Positions 10,483 through 22,151 of a DNA stretch of 64,000 nt are shown here, in pieces (within the stretch, counting starts at the first letter, position 1; the number at the start of each line of letters is the position of its first letter). Below the pieces are notes generated by a model that had not been told where the DNA came from, made no database searches, and worked only from the letters and a program-made list of their open reading frames with translations. The translations under genes were made by a program, and so were the position numbers. The DNA is from Marsupella aquatica (Eukaryota; Plantae; Marchantiophyta), in assembly GCA_973895155.1 (NCBI GenBank), contig OZ316895.1:186001-250000 (forward strand), in the 5' to 3' direction.

Positions 10483-13400
10483 ATGACAAGGAAAGCACTT
10501 TGGGTGGATGGCTGCTCTACTCCAGCACGGGCGAAGGCAAGGCTCAAATTGATTACTCAAGGCAGATTGGAATCTCGTGCATATGGAATTGTAGGCCCCG
10601 TCATCCGGCAGATGTCTGGCGTGGCAAAAATTTACAGCCCGTGCCTACAGCGGGTGCAGCACGAGCTCGACGCATTTCGTGATCAGTGGAGGCTTCAGAA
10701 GAAGGTTGTCGAGCTGTATGGGAGGGAAGTTCAATCTGCACAGCCTGAATACAACGGGGAAGCTGAAGCCCGCACTGGTTTTCAAAGTGTAACGGGGCAT
10801 GACAACCATGTAGCACAGCTGGAGGCACCATCCCCTCAAACTCGCCCAGGAGCTGCCAAGTGGAGGGAAGCTGCAAAGATAATCGAGCAGAAGCGGAACC
10901 AGTGGAGGCTTCAGAAGAAGGCTGCCGAGCTGTATGGGAGGGAAGCTCAATCAGCACAGCCTGAATACAACGGGGAAGCTGAAGCCCGCGCTGGTTTTCA
11001 AAGTGTAAAGGGGCATGACGACCATATTGCACAGCTGGAGGCACCATCCCCTCAAACTCGCCCAGGAGCTGCCAAGTGGAGGCAAGCTGCAAAGATGATC
11101 GAGCATAAGCGGAACCCTTCACGTAAAGTCGTTGGTGGGATTGAATCACGTCAACAGAACTCTGACAGCTTGAAAATGCAACTCGAACGAACAGGTGACA
11201 TAAAATCGAAAATAACCAGATGTATAACAGCGGACGGTGTACAAGATATTCGAGAGCCGGAACCTCTATCCAGGGAGGAAGAGGAGCAATCTTCAGCTAT
11301 CTGTGAAGAAGCGGTGACTGAGAATTTAGGAAGGCAACACCTGATAACCGAGGAGCTGCTCAGGAAAGAAAATTGGAGGGAGGCAGGGCTCGATTTGATT
11401 GGCCAAGGCGGATTGCGATCTCTTTCCAATTGTGGCAACAGAGATTGGTCTCGAAACAATGCACAACGGAATGGCAGTAGTGACATGCATAGCGCGGGGA
11501 CCACGAGTCAAGCAATTGCTGTGCTGCAGAATCGTCTACAACGAGGCATTACTACAAACTCGTACACATATGTTAAAGTTCTGCAGATGTGCTCCAAACA
11601 GAAAGACCTTTTAGCGGCGAAGCAGGTGCAAGACCACATCATCCAGAGTGGTTTGGGCAAGAATCAATATGTGGCGGTAACCCTCCTGAATGTGTACGTT
11701 ATATGTGGAGCATGGATGGATGCGCGCCGAATATTTGATCAAATTGAGAACAAGAGTGTTATCACTTGGAACAACATGATTGCTGGATATGCTAAGACTG
11801 GTAAAGTTCAATCTGCATTCGAACTTTTCAATCAAATGTGCCAAGAAGGCGTGCAGCCTAATGAGATCACATATCTGAGCATCCTGAAAGGATGTGCCAG
11901 CTCATTAGCTCTAACATTCGGCAAAGAAATTCATGAGCGTGTTCGGCATGCCGGCTTTGAATTGGACGTGCGTGTAGGGACTGCTCTCCTACTGATGTAC
12001 GCAAAATGTGGGTCCATCACCGAGGCAAGGAACGTTTTTGAAAAGTTAACCAATCGAAGTGTCATTACATGGAATGTTATGGTTGGAGCATATGCAGCAC
12101 GTGGTCTTGGTGTGGAAGCATATCGACTGTTTCTCCAAATGAGACGGGAAGGTTTAGAACCAGATGCATTCACTTACGGGAGCATCCTGAATGCATCTGC
12201 AAGTGAAGGGGCTTTGGAATGGGTGAAGGACGTTCATGGTCAGGCTAGCAAAGCGGGAGTGGAGTCAGATTTGCGTGTAGGCAATGCACTGGTTCACATG
12301 TATGCAGAGAGTGGCAGCGTACATGATGCCCGACTAGTGTTTGACAAAATGCAGAAACGCGATGTATTCACATGGAATGTAATGATCGGTGGACTTGCAC
12401 AACATGGATGTGGGCGTGAAGCACATCGACTGTTTCTCCAAATGAGACGGGAAGGTTTAGAACCAGATGCAATCACTTATCTGAGCATCCTGAATGCATC
12501 TGCAAGTGAGGGGGCGTTGGAGTGGGTGAAGGAGGTTCATGGCCACGCTAGCAAAGCCGGACTGGAGTCGGATTTGCGTGTGGGCAATGCACTCGTTCAC
12601 ATGTATGCAAAGAGTGGCAGTATAGATGATGCCCGACTGGTTTTCGACAGAATGGAGAAACGTGATGTTGTCACATGGAATACCATGATCGGGGGACTTG
12701 CACAACATGGATCTGGGTATGAAGCATATCGATTTTTTCTCCAAATGAGACGGGAAGGCTTCGAACCAAATGCAATCACTTATCTGAGCATCCTGAATGC
12801 ATCTGCAAGTGCGGGGGCTTTGGAGTGGGTGAAGGAGATTCACGGTCATGCTACCAAAGCGGGACTGGAGTCAGATTTGCGTGTGGGCACTGCAATGGTT
12901 CACATGTATGCGGAGAGTGGCAGTATAGATGACGCGCGACTTGTTTTTGACAGAATGGAGAAACGTGGTGTAGTCACCTGGAATGTAATGATCGGTGGAC
13001 TTGCACAACATGGATGTGGGCATGAAGCATATCGGTTGTTTCTCCAAATGAGACGGGAAGGCTTCGAACCAAATGCAATCACTTACGGGAGCATCCTGAA
13101 TGCATCTGCAAGTGAGGGGGCTTTGGAGTGGGTGAAGGAGGTTCATAACCACGCTAGCAAAGCTGGACTGGAGTCGGATTTGCGTGTGGGCACTGCAATG
13201 GTTCACATGTATGCAGAGAGTGGCAGTATAGATGACGCCCGACTAGTGTTTGACAGAATGCAGAAACGCGGTGTAGTCACATGGAATGTAATGATCGGTG
13301 GACTTGCACAACATGGATGTGGGCATGAAGCATATCGACTGTTTCTCCAAATGAGACGGGAAGGCTTCGAACCAGATGCAATCACTTATCTGAGTATTCT

Positions 13401-14499
13401 GAGTGCATCTGCAAGTGCGGGGGCTTTGAAGTGGGTGAAGGAGGTTCATGGCCACGCTAGGAAAGCCGGACTGGAGTCGGATCTGCGTGTGGGCAACGCA
13501 CTCGTTCACATGTATGCAAAGAGTGGCAGTATAGATGACGCCCAACAAGTTTTTGACAGACTCGGGAAACGCGATGTAATCACATGGAACATAATGATCG
13601 GTGGACTTGCACAACACGGACGTGGGCATGAAGCCCTGGAACTTTTCGGGCAAATGAATGCAGACCATGTGAAGCCCACCGAGACGTCATTCACAGCTGT
13701 GTTGTCAGCGTGTTCTCATGGAGGCCTTGTTGATGATGGCCGTAGAATCTTTTCAGCTATGACGCAAGATTATGGTATCGAGCGTACTATTTTTCACTAT
13801 AACCTTATGGTGGATATTCTTGGGCGGGCGGGACGCTTGGAGGAAGCAAAACAGTTCATCAGTAAGATGCCGATTGAACCAGATGATGTGACTTGGACAG
13901 CCTTGCTTGGGGCTTGTAGAACTTACGGTAACGTGGAGCTGGGTGAACGGGCCGCTAACGAGCTTTTCAAGTTGGAACCCGGTAAGGCCTCTACATATGT
14001 GCTGCTCTCCAATATCTATGCAGCAGCAGGAAAGTGGGAGAAAGTGTCAGCTGTGCGCACTATGATGCAAGAGAGAGGTGTTCGGAAGGAACCAGGACGT
14101 TGCTGGATTGATGTTGATAACACGATCCATGAATTTGTTGTGGGGGATACATCTCACCCAGAAGCGGAGGCGATCTATACTGAGCTGAATAAATTGAGTG
14201 AAAAACTGAAGGCTGAAGGCTACATTCCGGATACCCAGCTTGTATTGCATGATATCAACGAAGAGGATAAAGAGCTAGCCCTTTGCTCTCATAGTGAGAA
14301 GTTGGCTATTGCTTACGGACTTATGCACCTACCTTTGGGAGAACCAATTCGTGTAAGCAAGAACCTTCGGGTGTGTTCAGATTGCCACTCAGCAACCAAG
14401 TATATCTCTAAGGTGACCGGACGCGAGATTATTGCGAGGGATGCAAATCGGTTCCACCATTTCAAAGATGGAATGTGTTCTTGTGGTGATTACTGGTGA
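10483..14499 (+). CDS. PLS-class pentatricopeptide repeat protein with E1-E2-DYW deaminase (organellar C-to-U RNA editing factor)
   Basis: Uninterrupted ORF (frame open from 10357; first ATG 10483). It has 23 PPR motifs (L-S, 6xP-L-S, P2-L2-S2), a PG box KEPGRCWI, HSEKLA, CSDCH and terminal CSCGDYW. Confidence 0.97.
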   Translation: MTRKALWVDGCSTPARAKARLKLITQGRLESRAYGIVGPVIRQMSGVAKIYSPCLQRVQHELDAFRDQWRLQKKVVELYGREVQSAQPEYNGEAEARTGFQSVTGHDNHVAQLEAPSPQTRPGAAKWREAAKIIEQKRNQWRLQKKAAELYGREAQSAQPEYNGEAEARAGFQSVKGHDDHIAQLEAPSPQTRPGAAKWRQAAKMIEHKRNPSRKVVGGIESRQQNSDSLKMQLERTGDIKSKITRCITADGVQDIREPEPLSREEEEQSSAICEEAVTENLGRQHLITEELLRKENWREAGLDLIGQGGLRSLSNCGNRDWSRNNAQRNGSSDMHSAGTTSQAIAVLQNRLQRGITTNSYTYVKVLQMCSKQKDLLAAKQVQDHIIQSGLGKNQYVAVTLLNVYVICGAWMDARRIFDQIENKSVITWNNMIAGYAKTGKVQSAFELFNQMCQEGVQPNEITYLSILKGCASSLALTFGKEIHERVRHAGFELDVRVGTALLLMYAKCGSITEARNVFEKLTNRSVITWNVMVGAYAARGLGVEAYRLFLQMRREGLEPDAFTYGSILNASASEGALEWVKDVHGQASKAGVESDLRVGNALVHMYAESGSVHDARLVFDKMQKRDVFTWNVMIGGLAQHGCGREAHRLFLQMRREGLEPDAITYLSILNASASEGALEWVKEVHGHASKAGLESDLRVGNALVHMYAKSGSIDDARLVFDRMEKRDVVTWNTMIGGLAQHGSGYEAYRFFLQMRREGFEPNAITYLSILNASASAGALEWVKEIHGHATKAGLESDLRVGTAMVHMYAESGSIDDARLVFDRMEKRGVVTWNVMIGGLAQHGCGHEAYRLFLQMRREGFEPNAITYGSILNASASEGALEWVKEVHNHASKAGLESDLRVGTAMVHMYAESGSIDDARLVFDRMQKRGVVTWNVMIGGLAQHGCGHEAYRLFLQMRREGFEPDAITYLSILSASASAGALKWVKEVHGHARKAGLESDLRVGNALVHMYAKSGSIDDAQQVFDRLGKRDVITWNIMIGGLAQHGRGHEALELFGQMNADHVKPTETSFTAVLSACSHGGLVDDGRRIFSAMTQDYGIERTIFHYNLMVDILGRAGRLEEAKQFISKMPIEPDDVTWTALLGACRTYGNVELGERAANELFKLEPGKASTYVLLSNIYAAAGKWEKVSAVRTMMQERGVRKEPGRCWIDVDNTIHEFVVGDTSHPEAEAIYTELNKLSEKLKAEGYIPDTQLVLHDINEEDKELALCSHSEKLAIAYGLMHLPLGEPIRVSKNLRVCSDCHSATKYISKVTGREIIARDANRFHHFKDGMCSCGDYW
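10684..11115 (+). repeat. 216-bp (72-aa) in-frame tandem duplication in the PPR N-terminal extension
   Basis: CAGTGGAGGCTTCAGAAGAAG begins at 10684 and at 10900; the two peptides are nearly identical. Confidence 0.95.
12061..13640 (+). repeat. 303-bp tandem repeat (P-L-S triplets), about five units
   Basis: P motifs start at 12061, 12364, 12667, 12970, 13273 and 13576 with high nucleotide similarity. Confidence 0.95.
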
Positions 14500-17311
14500 A
14501 CCCAGATTGAAATCTGTGTTGGGCTGGCTGGAAAGTGATCTAAAGCAGTACTCACTGGCAGCGCAGATACAATCAGGTTTTCGTTGCTGCAATTGTGTAA
14601 CATATTTTTTGAGATTCTTCAATTCGGGGTTGTAACTAGCCCTCTTCCCTCTTCTGGCTGAAAGACGTTTTCATGTAAGAGAAATGTTAGGGCGATTTAC
14701 TTTTGAGAGTCGAAATCATAGATGCGTGAAATCAAGCTCTTGGCCCGCCATGTAGAAATTTTGTTTGATATCTTCGTTATATTTTGTTGTCAGATTAGAA
14801 AAAGGGTTTGCATACAGTAGCTGCCTTGCCATGAACATAGTACTGGAGGGGAACTTACTTTGCTGACACGAGACGGTAAAATCAAGGGCATGAAGATAAA
14901 ATTCGCCGATGACAACCTCCACCAGCATAAAACTTTAAGCAATCAGTTTCAGAGTTCATTGACTTGCAGAGAAAGCCTTGGGCTCCCAGACTCATAAATG
15001 TATCCAGATCTGATACAGCTTGGTGATGTAGGTGGGAGACTAGACAATTCAATTCAATTCTAGGAAGGTGGCCATGTTCTTCTGCTTCGAAGCTAGTTGA
15101 CAGCCTGAATTCAACCAAAGATATGAAGTTCCACCTGCAACTCAACTGTTCTGAGCTTCGCAGATTTACAAGATAAGGTCGTGAAAGGTGCTCTAAAGTA
15201 TGTTAACTACTCCGGGTTTTGGGGAGGAAGTCCTCAAATTATGCGAGAATGAGAATGATGCACTGTACACTGCTATCCTCAAAGATCATCGGACAAGGCA
15301 GGAAAGTGGGCTGTATTTGCAGTAGAAATTTTGCTACGTTGATGGCATGATTGAAATCTGAAAGCTCATAGACAGTGCACATGAACGGAGAAGGGAGCAT
15401 AGTTCTGCAAGGAATAGTGGATGAGCATGTGTCTGTTGCTTCTGCCGGGCCCATGCCTACTTCAAGAAAATCGATTCATCTTGGAGAAGGTCTTGAGAGA
15501 GATTAATCTGTTATCTCTTCTTTTGGGTTTGAATTTTCTGGGGTGAGAATGATGTCGAAGACGTCTGGTGGAAGGACACCATTCTTCCTTTGAGCTAACG
15601 CAACAACATTCAGGCTGGCAGCAATCAATCATGAATTTTAATTTGTGCATCTTCTTGACAGTGGAATGCCAATGTGAGTTGTGAGTTGTTTTCCTCAATT
15701 GTTGGCAGTCAAAAGTCACCCGATGAGGTATTGTATGATGCAACCAAACAGGACATTTCGCTAGCAAGTGTGGAAATGGCTGGCAATACCCTACTGCAGC
15801 TGCAAATCCACTGGATTGCTCTGAGTCCAACCTGCCCACTTATCATCTTTTTGTGGTGAAGTCTCCACTGTTGCTTCAAACTCAGGTCCATCTGGTTTTG
15901 GCTCCTTTGTGCTTAGTGTTACTGTTGTCGGCTTCTTGACTCATTAGGCCTCAGTTAATACCTCCCTACCTTTCCATTCATTGTGTACCAAGGTGATTCA
16001 CCTCAAGAACAATCTCCTTTGTCCAAGCTACAGTGGTCCCTTATGGCTTCCAATGCTTAAACGGTACACCTGTAGATGGCCTCATGCCTACTCACTGCCC
16101 TTGCACAATATTAGCTGGTCCAGTTGTTGGGAGTGGGAGTCCAGAGGATCATACATATCTTATGGTCATTGCTGATGCAATGAGGCCGGTCTTCAGGCCA
16201 TTTCAGGGTGTTTGTGTACACGGTCTCTTGCATGCACTGAGTAGTCTCCACAGTCTCCAAGCTTCAGCATTTGGATTCCCATAACATTGTTGCTTAAACA
16301 TTAAAGCTCCCATGGAATTGATGTTTAATCTTAGACTCGACTAGTATTGATCAGGGTGATTTTCTTGGGGCAATTTTAGGCTCCCATAACATTATTTTTT
16401 GTTTTGTTGTTTAAGCGTCATTGGCATCAAAGTTGACTCACCCACTTGCAATCTTAGACTCCCATGACATTTCTGGTTAAACTTTGTAGCTCATGTAGCA
16501 TTGATGTTGAAACTTTCAAATTGCACTAGCATCCAAAGTGTCGTCATTTTAGTGTTGTAAAATATTCAATTTTGTAGGGCAGAAACGACATACAAAGGAG
16601 ATGAAGCTTGGTGATTGGTGGCACATTGGGGAGTTGGGATATATACTTGAGTGGACTCAATGTCAATCTACACACATCTAATTCAACCACCATTCAACGT
16701 TGTTAACATCAATCACCACCCTTGCAACCAACTCAACTCATTGCCGCACCACACCCACAATGCCAAGGCACATGGCCTTCTTGAATTCCTACTGCCTTTA
16801 ATCAGCTTCCTCAATGTGCTTATCGCCTTGGATTTTACTTCAGCACTACATTCAAGTCCAATTGAGATATAGGGCATCTGGTGGCAAGAGGGAGATCCTA
16901 TCTAACGGTTACGGGATCCAGTATGTTAGGGGGTACGAGGATTGTCACGCTCGATAACCGGAGTGTGCATTGGATCCTGTCTTTGACTGTTTTTTTCCCA
17001 TCCGTTCTCCTCATGCCGTTTTCATGTTGTTTTAGACTGCACGCCGTTGTTCATGGGATAACTATGGGCTGCACGATTGCTAGCGATTTTGCTGGCCTGA
17101 TGTACGTACAAAGAAATATGGTATATGTACAAATGTACCATCCATGGTAGGTTTATTATTCCAGTGGAAGAGTGAAGTTTATGTATAGAAACTACACTGT
17201 TCACCGTAATTAGTGTGACTAACACTAATTCAAGAGTGCCCATTTTCAGGGTCTACTCGCGAATTAGTGTTAGTCACACTAATTTTGTGCTAACACTATT
17301 TTCGCGCACAT

Positions 17312-17646
17312 TGTTAGGATTTACTCTTAGGTTTAGAGTTACGACTGTACCATAGTTAAGGCTAACCTTAGTCGCAAACTTGGTTAGGTTAGTCATGCTG
17401 TGCACACTCTATAACCAAGCTTGGAGAGTGGGAACTCAGGCTCATTGTTACAGAGCTAGTTGAGAGGTAGGGAGAGTTTGCGCTGTGATGTTTGGTATGG
17501 TTGGTCGTCCGAGAGTGCAGTAAAGTTCTTGTGTGTTCCCGTTGATGTAACCTCATGTGGAGGTGAACCACGTATCTCTCTGTGTCGACTCTTGTGCGTT
17601 GGATGGTTCATGGGCTTGCCGTTGCGATTGTTGTCTATGCTCAACA
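17312..17646 (+). mobile_element. Solo LTR, 335 bp (probably Ty1/Copia type)
   Basis: TGTTAG...TCAACA termini, 5-bp TSD CACAT on both sides, internal TATA-like CTATAA and GGTGAACCACGTA motif. Confidence 0.85.
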
Positions 17647-18254
17647 CACATGAATTAGTGTTAGAGTGGTCTCTTAAAAGTGGAAAAATAGAGCGAAGAC
17701 AACTATTTTGAAAAATTCACAACAAATAGTGTTACAATGGACTCAAGATCATCCAATTTTTCCAAGCAATTTAAACTAAAGTGAACAAAAATTGAAAAAA
17801 AAACTATTTTTAAAAATCTACAAAAATTAGTGTTACTTGTACTCAAAATCAATGTAACTAATGCAGTTGTGGTTAGTGTTAATTGGACGTGTTACTTGGA
17901 CGTTAAGTGTTACTTGGACTCAAAATCAATGTAACTAGTTTTGGGCTAGCCGAGAGTCAATTGATGCTAGCGAATTGATATCCATGCCAGATTTTGCATA
18001 TGGCAAGGAGAAAATGTTTCGGTGTCACCAATTTTTTTAGTGTTTGCTCGCAAGCTACATGACCCTCCTTACTGCACGGCCACACCGTTTCTCTACGATG
18101 TGACGGCGTTTGGGAGTCAATTGATTCATCCTCGTCCCCGCAGCCTGGCGCAACCTGTGGCCCCTCTTCAAAACCGCTCATTTTTAAGATCGAGATCTTT
18201 TCTTCGATCCTTTTCAATATATTTTGGTTCCCTGATTACCTTGCCCTACCCTTC

Positions 18255-18370
18255 TATAAATTCACGTCATGTTGTTCGTAATTAGCGCGTGCGTCTTTCT
18301 ATGTGCTTGGCGAGGCGAGGCGAGGACTGAGGAGAGGAGAAGAGAGGAGAGGAGAGGAGGTGGTGGAGCG
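18255..18370 (+). promoter_or_regulatory. TATA box and GA-rich 5' UTR of the UCP exon
   Basis: TATAAA at 18255-18260, followed by a GAGGA-rich tract directly upstream of ATG 18371. Confidence 0.5.
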
Positions 18371-18460
18371 ATGGTGGCAGAAGAGAAGCCGGGGAAGACC
18401 ACACACATCCCTCTGTATGGCACGTTCGCGAGCAGTGCGTCTGCAGCCTGCTGGGCAGAG
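18371..18460 (+). CDS. UCP1: First exon of a mitochondrial uncoupling protein (UCP/PUMP); remaining exons not seen in window
   Basis: MVAEEKPGKTTHIPLYGTFASSASAACWAE then GT donor at 18461. This matches the plant UCP N-terminus TFAxSAFAACxAE just before (V)CTIPLDTAKVRLQ. Confidence 0.75.
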
Positions 18461-18693
18461 GTATCGAAGGGTCATTCATGTTTGTGGCTCAAATTCTATC
18501 GTTCTAATATTTATTTCGGTGGGCAAAGTCTATCGACGGTAATAGCACAGGAAAACCCTAAACTTGTGTCGTGGGATGTAATTGTGGGTAACAGGCGAAC
18601 GGGCGCGTATGTGGAAATGTGCAGGGTTTACCCCTGAGTTAGCCATCTGGCACCCCAGTGTTCTACTGAAACAACTACTCGAAAAGAACCATC

Positions 18694-18783
18694 TTACTAA
18701 TAACCAGGCCCGTGACCGAAGGGTTACTAATAACCAGGCCCGTGACTGAAGGGTTACTAATAACCAGGCCCGTGACTGAAGGG
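18694..18783 (+). repeat. 30-bp tandem repeat x3
   Basis: TTACTAATAACCAGGCCCGTGAC(C/T)GAAGGG at 18694, 18724 and 18754. Confidence 0.95.
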
Positions 18784-20049
18784 GTCGGTCACAAAGGCTT
18801 AACTATTACACAGCTTCTAGGTGTGTTAAACCACAAATCAGGGTATAAGATGACCACCGGCCCTGCCCAAGCCATAATCACCTTGTCCATGCCAAACTGA
18901 TGTTCCCTGGTCGCTCGTGGTTTGTAGGGACTGCCCAAGGCCTTGCAATCTTGTCTACAATTTGGTAACTTTACAACAATAGAGTGAAGTTGAACACAAT
19001 TCATGCCCTCAATAGGTATTAATTTCATTTCATTTCATTATATAATATCCAGAAGTGAGAAGCTCCATTTTGAGCCCGAGCTCTGTCAGGTCTCACTTGG
19101 TAGTTTTGACCAACATAATATAACTCTGGGCACGATTCAAATGATGTAGACATGGACTTTTGGGTCTTCTCTCATGAACTTTTTTGGACAGCTTTGCATC
19201 CTGCTGTTTATTTCATTTGTGCAAAAATGAATTAATGTCAAAGAAGTGGAATTTGGTGTGGATGAGTCTTGCCGAGAAAAACAATGAAACTATACCTTGG
19301 GGAGAAAAACTTTTGGAGGCATTTTTGGGCCCCCATCACAAAAGCTGAACATAGTTCAGCCCAATAACCAAATTAGTCCCTGATGAATATCACACCTAAC
19401 CTAAGTAAAAGTAATGCAACCCATTCTCCTATAATAACTCAAACAAGAATCTAGATTTGTGTTTATAAATGTGTGAGAAGTTTAGAAAAAGAAGAAAATA
19501 ATATATTTTTCCGTTTTTGATTTTCATTTCATATTTTTTACTTTATTAAAAACTCCCTCAAATAGTGTTCTCCCCCTCTCACAAGAAAAAGGATAAAAAC
19601 AAAGACCCTTTCGAACAAAGATTTATAAAAATAAAATGCTTTCCCTTTTTTATTTTTAAATCCTCCCCTTAAAACACTTTTAAACCTCCATCCCACTCAC
19701 CCTAAAAGGTTGAAAATAACTAATGCAAAGAATATAATATCTCAACAATTAGAAAAAAACATTTCCTTTACCCGTTTTAATCCCTCCCCTTAAGGTAACC
19801 TTAATATTCCATCCCGGCCAAAGAATACAAATGTCTCTTTTTGGGTCTTTTTATTCCTTCCTTCCTTTACCCTTAATCCTCTATAGCCCAGCCTCAAACA
19901 AAGAAAATAATCTAAAAGGATCATCCATGTGTTCCATGTCCATCCTTTCTCCTAAATAGACAGGATGAAGAAAAATAGAAACACAAAAAGTCCGCTACTT
20001 TTCATTCCTCCCCTTTGACTTAGCCCCTATAAAAGAGTAGTCCCTCTTC

Positions 20050-20348
20050 TGTTGGGGATAATCTTTATCCCGATACACCATGCACATATAAACACCATAC
20101 AAAGTAGTCAACACAACGAGTACGTGGTTCACCTCTATCACGACTAAGGCTATGTCCATGGGAAAGCAAGCGACCTTTACTTCTCTCTTGCTTCACTCCA
20201 ACAATGAACTGAAGATCCACAAGGGCTGGCATCAGCCCTGGTTATATACAGCATGCATCAATGCTAACCTAAGCTAAGTCCTATTTAACCTGAGTTAGCC
20301 TAACTGCGGTTAGCCCTAGAGTCACAAGACTAAGAGCAATACTCAACA
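20050..20348 (-). mobile_element. Solo LTR, 299 bp (probably Ty1/Copia type)
   Basis: TGTTG...TCAACA termini, 5-bp TSD TCTTC, and GGTGAACCACGTA on the minus strand. An empty-site copy (GTCCCTCTTCCAGGTGA) occurs at ~20427. Confidence 0.85.
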
Positions 20349-22151
20349 TCTTCCAGGTGAAGAATAAAATTTATTAATTTCTTAACAATTATTCTTCCCC
20401 TCTTATTTCGCCCCTTCAAAAGAGTCGTCCCTCTTCCAGGTGACCCGTTTCACCCAAAGGAAAAGAAATGAAAAAGAATGAAATTGGAACAAGAATAAAA
20501 CAAAGACACAAAAAGGTACCTTAAAAAGACTCTCCCCTCTTATTCAGCCACTTGGAAAGCCATTGTCCCAGGTGACCCACTTCATCCAAAGGAATTAATC
20601 CGTGGACCCCCTGTTATTTTAGAGGTTGTTATCTAGAAATTGAAGCCTAGATGGACCTCCAAATCTAAACTAAGACAAAAAAATTTTTTTAAAATGGACA
20701 AGTCAATGTGAAACAGTTGCCAAACTTACCAAGGCAACCATAATTAACATCAATCACAAAACCAACTGCAATGTGAACTAGTGTTTAATGTGTGGGTAAC
20801 TTAATTGCCCACTTTAGCAAAACGGTGCTCAATGGTTTCCTCCATAGTACCGAAGGGATGCTAGATGCACTCAAGTTGCATCAAAAGTAATCACTTTTCA
20901 ATTCCTACACGCAGATAGACGAAAAGAGATAAGTCATCGGTGTCATCAAATCACTAACTTCGCATAATTGTTTAAGACATAAAGTTTCATGTAAACAAAT
21001 CTCCAATTGTGGAATTCGGAATGGATTGAAAGCTAGAGAAAGCTAGAGAAATTTAGAAACTCATGACCACTTTAGTACTTGATAAAATCTCCCAATGTCA
21101 CACTCATTGGAAAGCTAGAGAACTTTAGAAACTTACAATCTCCTCAAAATTCAACTAAATCTATCAATGTTAAGTTCATTAAAAAGCTAAAGAAATTCTA
21201 ACATTCATAATCTACTTAGTACTTGATAAAATCTGTCAATTTTAGGTTCATTTTCATCGAAGGGGTCAACATTTATTCAGGGGTTGTACAACATAGATTT
21301 TTATTTACGTTAGAGATTATGAAATCATGGGTAAAATCTATTTTTCAAATTACTTACTCAATTCTTATTGAATGATGACAATGCTGAGCTCATTAGTATC
21401 ATCTCTTCAAGATCTTTCCAACGCCATATTATACATGAGTTTTCATTATGATTTGACTCAGCAATGTCAAAACAATAATTGTTGTAGGGAAAATTTTATG
21501 TTTTGAATAAAAACCAAAATGTAAATAAAACCGTTACTAGGAACAATTTTACCTCAATCTTTTTGTCTTTTGATTTGCATGTCAATTTTTTTACATTCTT
21601 TTTACGGCATGGCGTCCCAGTTTTTACAACAAAGTTGCCATAAACACGAATGCAGAAGTTAATTTTATCCAAAAACAAGTCTCTTCCTGTTTGGAGCATG
21701 CAATGATGATGTGGCACGCTGTGAAGCCAGGAATTTTGGAAAGGATCCCTAATGGGGGGCCGTAATTAAAAAACAAAGAAGAAAAAACAAAGACATTGAA
21801 AATTGTAGAGAAACAAAAGAGATTCAATAGCGATAAACTCTCTAGAAAGAAACAAAACATTAAATGCTCCCTCTCATCTCCTTTTGTCTCATCCTGTTGT
21901 ACATGTACAATACTGTCAGTGGGGAAAATACTTTTACTCTCCTCAATGTAAGTCATCATGACAATAAGTGAGGCCTTGTTACAAAAGACAAAGTATATGG
22001 CAGACATGTATTGGAACCAAAGCATTGGAACCAAAGTATTTTGGGGCCATTTTTGTTCAGCGAATAAAGAACCATCTTACTAATAATTTGCGATCCAAAC
22101 CTACTCTGATGGCCTAGGTCTAGGGTGAAGCCTCTAGACACTCCTTCTAGG

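Noticed and set aside
11931-13694. Repeated minus-strand 60-140 aa ORFs
   Set aside because: Antisense shadows of the 303-bp PPR repeats.
14700-16900. Short ORFs downstream of the PPR gene
   Set aside because: No recognisable motifs or consistent exon structure.
18694-18783. 30-bp repeats as a CRISPR array
   Set aside because: Head-to-tail copies with no spacers, in a eukaryotic context with no cas genes.
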